From IMG/VR virus record IMGVR_UViG_3300036045_000012, positions 1 through 56,277 of that record: a DNA stretch of 56,277 nucleotides; one strand, 5' to 3'. Both the position numbers and the translations under genes were made by a program. This document shows, in pieces, positions 9,940-17,099 of this stretch (the stretch's first letter is position 1; every line of letters begins with the position of its first letter). The notes under the pieces are model-generated. The model worked only from the letters and a program-made list of their open reading frames with translations, did not search any database and was not told the DNA's origin. Source of the DNA: a virus (lineage: Duplodnaviria > Caudoviricetes).

Positions 9940-10156
9940 CGATGCACAACTGGCCGCGCTGGCGTCTCAAAGCGCTGCGGACCGGGAGGTCAATTTCTGG
10001 ACGCCGCGGGACTATGACTGGGAACGCGCGCTCGCCGCGTGCAACGGAAAGCGCGCCGCAGCGGTTGAGGTTTCGGACGCGCACAACGAAGCGCTGGAAT
10101 CCTTGAGGGTGAAGTTGGCGCGCCCGCGCGGGCTCCGGGGGTGGCTGGGGCTGTGA
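9779..10156 (+). CDS. Rz1: Outer-membrane spanin lipoprotein (Rz1-like)
   Basis: Signal MKWRKRLIRASACAFGAMALASC with lipobox, Pro and Cys residues, +1 frame overlap with Rz. Confidence 0.75.
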   Translation: MKWRKRLIRASACAFGAMALASCAMTSQLNVSPSLTAKIPPKVRQRCAGPAHPDDAQLAALASQSAADREVNFWTPRDYDWERALAACNGKRAAAVEVSDAHNEALESLRVKLARPRGLRGWLGL

Positions 10157-10226
10157 TGCCCGCTTGATCTTGCGGGGTTGTGGAACGGGGAACTTCCGGA
10201 CCTTTTCCGTAAGGTGGCGTGCTCCT

Positions 10227-10730
10227 TCACCGCCCAAGCATCGTTGCGACCCGCGCAAGGTCTTCATCCGTCACCCCGCGCCGTGAATCTGTCATCACGA
10301 AATGCGGGGCAAGTTCTGGCGCGTGCAGACAGACGTCGTGATCGTCAAGGATGGAGAAGCGCTCGACGCGGTGATCATCGAGCCACCAGCTGATTTCGTG
10401 GTGACGGTTAGAACTCATTTTGAAAGGCGTGCGCCAGTCGCGATGAAAGAGGTCTGGCGCGCTCGCGAGCGGCGGTGTGATAGCGATCGCCGCAGCGAAC
10501 TGCCCCGCACTGTCGAAGACGTTGCGCCAAGAACTTGAGACGACGATCTTAGCGCCACACACCTGAACGCATTGCACGACCGCGCGGACAAGCTCTTCCT
10601 CCACAAGTCCCGTGAAAACACGCGACTGGCCCTTTGGGATGAGGATTGCCTCGTGTACCCCATCTCCCCGCTTCGTACTGTTCCGGTTGAGAACCCCGTC
10701 CACGTCAAGGAAGAGGATCGGGGCGGTCAT
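10227..10730 (-). CDS. HAD-family (Swiss-Army-Knife type) phosphatase
   Basis: ILFLDVDGVLN, KIVVSSSWR, FSILDD, GVTDEDL motifs. Confidence 0.85.
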   Translation of the reverse strand: MTAPILFLDVDGVLNRNSTKRGDGVHEAILIPKGQSRVFTGLVEEELVRAVVQCVQVCGAKIVVSSSWRNVFDSAGQFAAAIAITPPLASAPDLFHRDWRTPFKMSSNRHHEISWWLDDHRVERFSILDDHDVCLHAPELAPHFVMTDSRRGVTDEDLARVATMLGR

Positions 10731-10942
10731 GCGGTTTCTGCGAGCGGCCATCGAACCATTCCGTCTGCGCCCCGGTGGCGATCCGCACACGGCTTCGGGA
10801 TTGTCGAGCGCACACCGCGCCATTCGATTGTCTCGATCGGATGTGCGCCTGGCGGGTCGCCGCCGGGACCGTCGCATTGCGCTCCGTCTGGCGGAAGAGA
10901 GCCGCGACAGTGCTGGCAGATCAAAACCGTGACGATGCTCAC
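10727..10942 (-). CDS. Small Cys-containing hypothetical protein
   Basis: GTG overlapping upstream TGA; ICQHC..C; stop overlaps HAD start. Confidence 0.5.
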   Translation of the reverse strand: MSIVTVLICQHCRGSLPPDGAQCDGPGGDPPGAHPIETIEWRGVRSTIPKPCADRHRGADGMVRWPLAETA

Positions 10943-12069
10943 GCCGCACTCTCTAAAGGCGTCAGTCTTTTCGCGACGCGATCCGAAAGCGCGGCGCGCG
11001 CGTTGGCGCGTTTGAGCGCGGCCCAGGCCGTGGACTTCGGGACGCCGGTGATTTTTTCTACCTCCCGCCACGGGACGCGCCGGTCCCGGAGGATACGAAT
11101 GTCCGCCAGTTTGTCGTCATTGGTGAGGCCGGCGTCCAGTTCATGGCCAGTGATCTGCTCCACTGTGTCCCGGTGCCCGGGTTCGGTAGGGATCTTGGGG
11201 ACATCAGGCGTTCCGCGCGTTCCGATCATGCCCGCCAAGAAGGTGAGCGCGATGGCGGCGAAAGTGCGCCCTGCCTTCGGAACCGGTAACGGGACAACTG
11301 TTCGGCCTTCTGTCCCGCCTAGGGCGGGCTCGGACGGTGTGTCCGGGATGCGCGTCCGCACGCGCCCGGCGCCGATGGACCAGAACCCCAGCATCTTCAC
11401 CGCCTCGTTCGAGGAGAACAGCAGCAGGGACAGCAGGAAGGCCCATAGCGGCATCAGTTCCGTGGCCTCTTCGGGGATGGCGTCGTGGCGCTTCTGTTCG
11501 GCGAGACGTGTGGCTTCAAGGTCCGCGATCTCCTGACGGCGGTTGGCCCCGCATTCGAGCAGGGCTTTCGGCCCAAGCAGGGCGGGCTCACAGATAGGGA
11601 CGGCGGCGATCCGCTTGTCGATGGCGCCTAGGCGTTCGCTGGAGGCCGTCAGCGAAGCCGCGCGCACTGTCTCCGCCTGTTCGGCCTTCGGGCGCACCAG
11701 GAACTGCTCAAAGGCGTTGTGGGAGCCGTAGGCGTTGAAGATGGCGAAGACGGCGGCGCAGAAGATGTTCGTCCACATGCGGCCCTTGTCGCGGTCATGG
11801 TGCGCGCGTTCCACCTCGATCGCGAGGTTTGCGCCGACGATCTCGCCCGTCGCCGCGCCGGCCATGAACAGAATCGCGATCAGCGGGACTTCGCCCAGCA
11901 CCGGGAGCGCGGCTTTCTCGTCCCACCAATAGATCGCCCAGCCCGCGACGTTCCAGACGGCAAGGATCAGCACCCATGCCGAGAGGCCCAGCCGAGTGAT
12001 CCATTTGCGTTCGGGGGCGGCCCGTTGGCTCAGAAGGGCCACCACTGCGGGCGGTGCTCCGCGCACCAA
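10939..12069 (-). CDS. Multi-TM protein with coiled coil and C-terminal HTH
   Basis: Three N-terminal TMs, coiled coil with Cys pair, further TM, C-terminal VPWREVEKITGVPKSTAWAALKR HTH. Confidence 0.75.
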   Translation of the reverse strand: MVRGAPPAVVALLSQRAAPERKWITRLGLSAWVLILAVWNVAGWAIYWWDEKAALPVLGEVPLIAILFMAGAATGEIVGANLAIEVERAHHDRDKGRMWTNIFCAAVFAIFNAYGSHNAFEQFLVRPKAEQAETVRAASLTASSERLGAIDKRIAAVPICEPALLGPKALLECGANRRQEIADLEATRLAEQKRHDAIPEEATELMPLWAFLLSLLLFSSNEAVKMLGFWSIGAGRVRTRIPDTPSEPALGGTEGRTVVPLPVPKAGRTFAAIALTFLAGMIGTRGTPDVPKIPTEPGHRDTVEQITGHELDAGLTNDDKLADIRILRDRRVPWREVEKITGVPKSTAWAALKRANARAALSDRVAKRLTPLESAA

Positions 12070-12269
12070 TCGTCCTCGCCGGTCGTCGGCCAGCAGGGAA
12101 AGGACTCCGCGCGGTTGTCCGCCACAACTGCCGGGCCTGCATCGTCAGCGCGCGTCACATCGAACGAGATTCCAAACGGAACAGGCGCGCGCCGACGGCA
12201 AAGGCCCTCATCGTGCTGATTTTTCTCTGGCCGCCGTCGCCAGAATTTGCAGGTGTCGCAGCGCTTCAT
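12030..12269 (-). CDS. Small Cys-rich phage protein
   Basis: MKRCDTCKFW..GLCRRRAP..WPTTGEDDWCAEH pattern typical of phage metal-binding proteins. Confidence 0.7.
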   Translation of the reverse strand: MKRCDTCKFWRRRPEKNQHDEGLCRRRAPVPFGISFDVTRADDAGPAVVADNRAESFPCWPTTGEDDWCAEHRPQWWPF

Positions 12270-12294
12270 CCCCGCCACCTCTGCCCGCTTCGCG

Positions 12295-12310
12295 TAAACG
12301 CCCCGTTAAC
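12295..12310 (+). promoter_or_regulatory. CtrA-like box
   Basis: TAAA-CGCCCCG-TTAAC, one mismatch to TTAA-N7-TTAAC. Confidence 0.5.
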
Positions 12311-12330
12311 CCAACTTCCCCCAGATTCTT

Positions 12331-12740
12331 CCCCGCCGATGGGCTAGGACCCAACGCAGGGGCTCTGAAAGGGGCTGGCGTCGCCAGTGGGCGGAACACC
12401 GGATCGGCTCCGAGTTTCAGTTTCGTGGAGGCTAAAGGCATAGAAGGGAGAAGGGCGGCGCGACGCCCGCATCCGCATCAAACCGGAGGCCGCTGCAGCG
12501 GACCGTTGATGGGGCGACTAGAGCGGTGAACTCCCGTTCCTTCACGGATTCAATTTGAGAGACAGCGATGACGCGACTGGCGGGGCTCTGAGTATTCCCG
12601 GTCGGTAACTTCTACGACGAACGGACCTCTTCAGGGTGCAAAACCGCCCGTTCGGGAACATTTGCCGGGCTATGCACTTGACACAAATGCGGCTGCATCC
12701 CCGGAGGGAAGGTGGATCGGAACGGTGACTCAGAGTCAAT
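12331..12740 (+). ncRNA. Candidate structured non-coding RNA
   Basis: No credible ORF; nested helices 12331-38/12578-85, 12365-77/12405-20, 12443-49/12537-43, 12476-12511 hairpin, 12587-94/12728-35; most G-U pairs favour + strand. Confidence 0.4.
12665..12693 (+). mobile_element. Relic IS1595-type terminal inverted repeat
   Basis: CCGGGCTATGCACTTGACACAAATGCGGC matches the right end of the intact IS at 23/29 ungapped. Confidence 0.55.
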
Positions 12741-12755
12741 GTTCTATTAATGTTC
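12741..12755. promoter_or_regulatory. Alphaproteobacterial LexA (SOS) box
   Basis: Perfect GTTC-TATTAAT-GTTC in an AT-rich intergenic patch. Confidence 0.7.
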
Positions 12756-12797
12756 TTTTTTCTTGAAGTCGCAACCAATTCCCTCTACCTTATGATT

Positions 12798-12863
12798 CAA
12801 ATGGATTGGAGTGAGTCCGGTCGGCGGTAGGGGCGTCTCCTTGCGGAGCGCCCCTACAGCTTT
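12798..12863 (-). ncRNA. DUF3800-associated RNA motif
   Basis: Immediately 3' of DUF3800 stop: AAAGC, hairpin GTAGGGGCG-CTCC-GCAA-GGAG-A-CGCCCCTAC, then CGCCGACCGG..CAATCCATTTG. Confidence 0.6.
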
Positions 12864-13103
12864 TCAGGGGAAGATCTTCAGGCCGTAGCCGAACATCGTC
12901 CTTGAGTATTCGCCGCGACGTATGCGGTGCTGCACAGCCTTCCAGTCGGGTCGCGGCGTGTTTCGGTCCCGCACGAAATGCGAGATCGGATAGGCGGCCA
13001 CGTCCGCAATCTGCAGTCCCGGCGCGTTTGTCTTTTTGTCGGCGAAGACGGCCTCAAAATTAAAGCGCTCCCCCTTGAACATTTGATCTCTGCAGAGGTC
13101 CGC
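12864..13103 (-). pseudogene. C-terminal fragment of DUF3800 (RNase H-like) protein
   Basis: VFADKKTNAPGLQIADVAAYPI..YGLKIFP; N-terminal part with catalytic Asp absent, abuts a terminator. Confidence 0.75.
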
Positions 13104-13107
13104 ACAC

Positions 13108-13142
13108 AAAACCGCCCGCCAGTCTTTTCAACGGGCGGGCGG
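13108..13142 (-). terminator. Intrinsic terminator of 13149..13919 gene
   Basis: CCGCCCGCC/GGCGGGCGG stem followed by TTTTG on minus strand. Confidence 0.7.
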
Positions 13143-13148
13143 AGGGGG

Positions 13149-13919
13149 TTAGCGGTTCTGACCGAACCGGAAGGGAAGGACGTCGCCGCCCGCTTTCTCC
13201 CGGCGCTTTTCCGCCCGGCGCTCGCGCGCCCGGCGGTTGCGGTCCTCACGCTTGACGGCTTCGATCTTGGCTTGCGCCTCCATCTGCATCGCCTTGCGTT
13301 CGTGGTGGTTGATCGGCGCCGCGGTCTTCACGCCCGCGCACACCATGACGAGGATGTGCGCGAAAATCGCAAAGGCCCAGTCGGCTCCCTCGGGAAAACC
13401 CTGCGACGGCGCTTCCGCCGTCTTGAGCCGGTCGCGGGCGTCGCCCGATCCCGGTGCAGGCTCTCCGTAGTCGTTCACCCGATCCGCGGCCCTGAGATCC
13501 AGCTTGTAGGCTTCGGAAGCGATATAGGCTTCACGGGCCTTGAGCTGGCGCTCCAGCCCTCCAGCTTGCGCGAGATACCCGATGGGCACGCACAGGCACA
13601 GAAGGGCGGCGATCCGCGCCGTGGAGGCGCGGGCGCGGATGCGGGGACGTTCGTCATCCCTGAGGTCTGCGGCGATCCGCCAGAGCGTAAAGGCCATGAG
13701 ACCGAAGAGAACGGAGGTGGCGGTGTGCTGAAGAGCGGCGCGGGGATATTCGCCCCATGGCGTCATCCAGGTATCCGCGCCGTGCGGGGCCAGCGTGAAC
13801 GCCGCCCAGCCCGCCCGCATTTCCAGTGTGGCGAGGATCAAAAGCCCGATGCCCGCCGCCACCACGTCCAGGCCATGGCGTTTGCCGGCCCGGACGAACT
13901 TCGCTAGATGCTTTTTCAT
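13149..13919 (-). CDS. Four-TM membrane protein with basic C-terminal helix (moron)
   Basis: 256 aa, four hydrophobic helices, own promoter and terminator. Confidence 0.8.
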   Translation of the reverse strand: MKKHLAKFVRAGKRHGLDVVAAGIGLLILATLEMRAGWAAFTLAPHGADTWMTPWGEYPRAALQHTATSVLFGLMAFTLWRIAADLRDDERPRIRARASTARIAALLCLCVPIGYLAQAGGLERQLKAREAYIASEAYKLDLRAADRVNDYGEPAPGSGDARDRLKTAEAPSQGFPEGADWAFAIFAHILVMVCAGVKTAAPINHHERKAMQMEAQAKIEAVKREDRNRRARERRAEKRREKAGGDVLPFRFGQNR

Positions 13920-14059
13920 GTGTGAGGTTCCTTCACACTGCGGCTCTCCGAGACGCGGCTCCGGGGCGTTGACGCGCCCCGGAGCCAGAGAGCCTTCTTG
14001 ATGAGAAAGAGCGGGCCGACGCGCCTGCCGGCCGGGGGATGTAGGGTCCCGGTAGGCGC

Positions 14060-14156
14060 AAGATAGCGGCCAGACCGCATGACGTCAATACGTGATATGC
14101 GGTACGTACATTAAATTATGCACATGCTTGAAGTGCGACGCGGCTTGGCATACCTT
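14060..14156. promoter_or_regulatory. Divergent sigma70 promoters with operator palindrome
   Basis: Minus: TTGACG(14088-83)-17-TATCTT(14065-60); plus: TTGAAG(14128-33)-17-TACCTT(14151-56); inverted repeat ACCGCAT(14074-80)/ATGCGGT(14097-103). Confidence 0.7.
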
Positions 14157-14162
14157 CCAAGC

Positions 14163-14351
14163 ATGGCAAACCAGAACCCCCTCGAATTCGACCGTCCGTT
14201 CACGATGCGGGCGAACGAAGAATTCCACGACCAACTAGAGGCGATCCGGCGCACGCGAGATCCGATCCCGACGAAGGCGGAGCTGATCCGCGCGCTCGTT
14301 GCGGCGGAGTTCATCCGCGTCTCTGGCAAGGCAGGGAAGGGCAAGCGATGA
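14163..14351 (+). CDS. Ribbon-helix-helix (Arc/CopG-like) regulator
   Basis: PFTMRANEEFHDQLEAIRR..PTKAELIRALV; leaderless ATG 6 nt after -10 box. Confidence 0.75.
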   Translation: MANQNPLEFDRPFTMRANEEFHDQLEAIRRTRDPIPTKAELIRALVAAEFIRVSGKAGKGKR

Positions 14352-14686
14352 GTGCAAGCCGCTACTACATCCTCGAAGCCGGCGAGCCCGTTCCCGTCGC
14401 AGACATGATGACGTGGGCGCTGTGGTTCGAGGAGGCGTCGCGCTCCATGACGCGGCACCTGGGGGATGACACCATCGGCGCAGCGCGCGTGTCCACCGTG
14501 TTCCTCGGGCTGAACCACGCCTGGAACGAGTCAGAGCCTCCGCTAATTTTCGAGACCATGGTTTTCGGCGGCCCGCTGGACGGCGAACAGGAGCGCTGGT
14601 CCACGACCGACCAAGCGATTAACGGGCACGCCGCAATGTGCGAGCGGGTCCGCAAAATGGCGCATCTGGCGCCTCGCGAAGACTGA
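14348..14686 (+). CDS. Conserved phage hypothetical protein
   Basis: VSTVFLGLNH..PPLIFETMVFGG..A..GH pattern; ATGA overlap. Confidence 0.75.
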   Translation: MSASRYYILEAGEPVPVADMMTWALWFEEASRSMTRHLGDDTIGAARVSTVFLGLNHAWNESEPPLIFETMVFGGPLDGEQERWSTTDQAINGHAAMCERVRKMAHLAPRED

Positions 14687-14688
14687 CC

Positions 14689-14704
14689 TTCACGCCTCGT
14701 TAAC
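14689..14704 (+). promoter_or_regulatory. CtrA-like box
   Basis: TTCA-CGCCTCG-TTAAC; shares ACGCCYCGTTAACC with the box at 12295. Confidence 0.5.
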
Positions 14705-14724
14705 CGACGCGAATCAGCGTCACC

Positions 14725-14890
14725 CAGCGCGAGACCCCCGGATCGCCCCACAAGCCCTGTCGCCAATCTGCCGAAGGGGTGCTTTCTCCAAGGTCTCGCG
14801 CACCTGATTCAGATCCCGTAGCGTCTCCCCCTTAAGCCCAAATGCTGCGGAAGACTGGGCCGCCGTGGAGAAATTCACGGCGGCCTTTTT
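14725..14890 (+). ncRNA. Candidate sRNA with three stem-loops
   Basis: GCGCGAGACC/GGTCTCGCGC 10-bp stem; CCGTAGCGT/ATGCTGCGG stem with CTCCCCCTT loop; terminator. Confidence 0.5.
14858..14890 (+). terminator. Intrinsic terminator
   Basis: GGCCGCCGTGGA-GAAA-TTCACGGCGGCC-TTTTT. Confidence 0.85.
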
Positions 14891-14955
14891 CATGCGGCGC
14901 AGACGGCCGCGACGGCCTCATGTTGGCGGAGTGAAGGGGCCAGCCTCATCCTTCG

Positions 14956-15189
14956 TCATGTGTCTGACTCCTGGGGTGGGGAGGGGAGAGGCATCCAGTG
15001 GGTGGGCGAAATAAGGTTCACGTAATTCCAGTAATCATGCTGGTTATACCCGGCGCTTGTGATCCACCCCGGTCCTCCGAGTTCTTGGTTCCACCATCCG
15101 ATTTCAAGTGGGCCCGGCGCTGAGTACAGTAGGATTTGCGCATCCTTCGGCGCGCTCTCTATCGGCAACCACTTTCCTTCGTCTCTCAT
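14956..15189 (-). CDS. DUF551-like protein
   Basis: WLPIESAPKD..PTHWMPLPSPP. Confidence 0.8.
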   Translation of the reverse strand: MRDEGKWLPIESAPKDAQILLYSAPGPLEIGWWNQELGGPGWITSAGYNQHDYWNYVNLISPTHWMPLPSPPQESDT

Positions 15190-15212
15190 GAGAGGGTTCC
15201 TGGTTAGGCGGG

Positions 15213-15801
15213 TCAGGCAGAGACCCACGGTTCGATGGCGACGTGGCCGTCACGTGGGTAGGTGACGAGTCCCAGAGAGCGCAGCGCGCCAAGCGGGTTC
15301 TTGAAGGCGGCTGAGGAAGGTGCGTAGCCGACCGCGCTTGCGAGATCGTCACGCGAGACCGCCGCGCCGGTGGTCGGGAGCGCGTCAAGAATTTTCGCCA
15401 TCGGGCCAGAGAGCACTTTGCCTAATGCGCTGCGAACATTCGTGATTGTGACGTTCGGCGCTTTAGCTTGCCCTTCCGCGGTGAACGCGACGCGCCCGCC
15501 GTCTGGGTAAACGACGAGACCGCCGGTGCGGAGCGCGCCGAGCGGATTCTTGAACGCCGCCGAAGATCGCGACGGGGAACCCGTCAGCGCGCCCGTCAGC
15601 GCTTGACCGCAGGCCCCACCACGCGCCGAGCGGGTCGATGACCACCACGCGCTTTTGCGCCCGCAGCAGCGCCTCCACGAGCCCTTTGGCGGTGTAGGTT
15701 TTCCCTGCGCCCGTCTTTCCGAGCACGGCGATATGTTCTTCCAGCGCTTCCGGCGGCACCGGGTGCGAGCGATCAAGGCTCGATACGGTCGCACTCATCA
15801 C
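15213..15801 (-). pseudogene. HerA/DUF87-like ATPase with large internal deletion
   Basis: HIAVLGKTGAGKT..VVVIDPLGAWWGL..IFGG joined out of frame to C-terminal winged-helix repeats (FKNPLGALR twice). Confidence 0.75.
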
Positions 15802-15883
15802 TCTCCTCCATTCCCCACGCGAGGGGATATGCGGTCCTAGTTATGCACTTGACGAAAGTGACCCCTAGCCCTAGATAGAGGGC

Positions 15884-16885
15884 ATGACGAACTATGCTGA
15901 CCTCACGAACCCTATCTTCAACAACGACGAAGCGGCCCGCGTGCACTTTGAAAGCCTCCGCTGGGAAGGCGGCGTGCCGGTCTGCTTCCACTGCGGCGTG
16001 AGCGACGATGCGGTTCTGGTGAAGCGCGACGAAACGAAGGCGGCGGCCCAGAAGGCCAAGGGCAAGAAGACGGCCCGCGACGGTCTCTACTACTGCCGTT
16101 CGTGCGGCAAGAACTTCACCGCCACTATGGGCACCGTTTACGAGGACAGCCATATCCCGATGCGAAAATGGCTCCTCGCCACGCACCTCATGGCGGCCAG
16201 CAAGATGGGAATCCCCGCGCTCCAGCTTCAGCGCATGCTCGGTCTGGGCAGCTACCGAACGGCGTGGTTCATGGCGATGCGTATCCGCGAAGCGATGGAG
16301 AGCAACGGCGCCGGCCCGATGGGCGGCGAGGGCTCCATCGTCGAGGCGGACGAAACCTATTACGGCAAGAAGGAAGGCCCGGCGCCGACGAAATCCACGT
16401 CTGGCCGCCCCTTCACGAAGGGCGGACGCTCTGGCCCGTCTCATAAAAACGCGGTTGTCGCGCTCGTCGAGCGTGGCGGCAAAGTCCGCGCCTTCCACGT
16501 CGGCAACGTCACCAAGGAAGTCGTGGCGAAAGTCATCACGGAGAACGTCGCCACGACGGCGCGCCTACACACGGACGAAAGCCGTCTCTACACGGGTGCC
16601 GACGCGCACACGGCGACGCACGAAACGATCAACCACTCCCGCAAGGAGTACGCCCGCGAGGACGTGAACACCAACAGCGTCGAAGGCTTCTTCGGCGGCT
16701 TCAAGCGCTCCATGTCCACCTACACGCACTGCCGCGAGAAGTATCTCGGCCGCTACGTTCGTGAGAGCGAGTTCCGCTACAACACCCGCACAAAGCTCGG
16801 CTTCAACGATAGAGATCGCGCCGCGGCCGCGGTGAAGGGCGCGGTCGGGAAGCGCCTGACTTTGCGACCAGCTCCGGGACGCTAA
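15884..16885 (+). CDS. IS1595-family DDE transposase
   Basis: Zn ribbon CFHC/CRSC, HTH, VEADETYYG, LHTDES, NTNSVEGFF, EFRYN. Confidence 0.95.
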   Translation: MTNYADLTNPIFNNDEAARVHFESLRWEGGVPVCFHCGVSDDAVLVKRDETKAAAQKAKGKKTARDGLYYCRSCGKNFTATMGTVYEDSHIPMRKWLLATHLMAASKMGIPALQLQRMLGLGSYRTAWFMAMRIREAMESNGAGPMGGEGSIVEADETYYGKKEGPAPTKSTSGRPFTKGGRSGPSHKNAVVALVERGGKVRAFHVGNVTKEVVAKVITENVATTARLHTDESRLYTGADAHTATHETINHSRKEYAREDVNTNSVEGFFGGFKRSMSTYTHCREKYLGRYVRESEFRYNTRTKLGFNDRDRAAAAVKGAVGKRLTLRPAPGR

Positions 16886-16936
16886 AGCACTCCCCGGCCG
16901 CTTGCGCTTCATAGTTCGGCCGGATGGCTGGAATCC

Positions 16937-17092
16937 TTACGAGCCGCGTTTTCCCGGCTTTTGAGAAGACTCCTTCTTGGGCCTCTTCAAATCGCCCTTG
17001 TGGCTTGTCGGTGGAGTGGCGATCATCCTGCGAACCGCTTGGTCGCGCCTAACTGCGATCTCGTCGGCCTCGGATCGCTCATGCTTCTTCAT
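16937..17092 (-). CDS. Small basic protein convergent with transposase
   Basis: 51 aa MKKHERSEADEIAVRRDQAVRRMIATPP..; similar short ORFs often flank IS1595 transposases. Confidence 0.5.
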   Translation of the reverse strand: MKKHERSEADEIAVRRDQAVRRMIATPPTSHKGDLKRPKKESSQKPGKRGS

Positions 17093-17099
17093 CGTCGCC

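Noticed and set aside
12331-12740. tmRNA, RNase P, group I/II intron or riboswitch identity
   Set aside because: No T-arm/CCA, GAGGAAAGTCC, P7 partner or domain V found; kept only as an unclassified candidate.
14096-14103. Third copy of TSD sequence TATGCGGT
   Set aside because: No IS end adjacent; explained as half of the operator palindrome.
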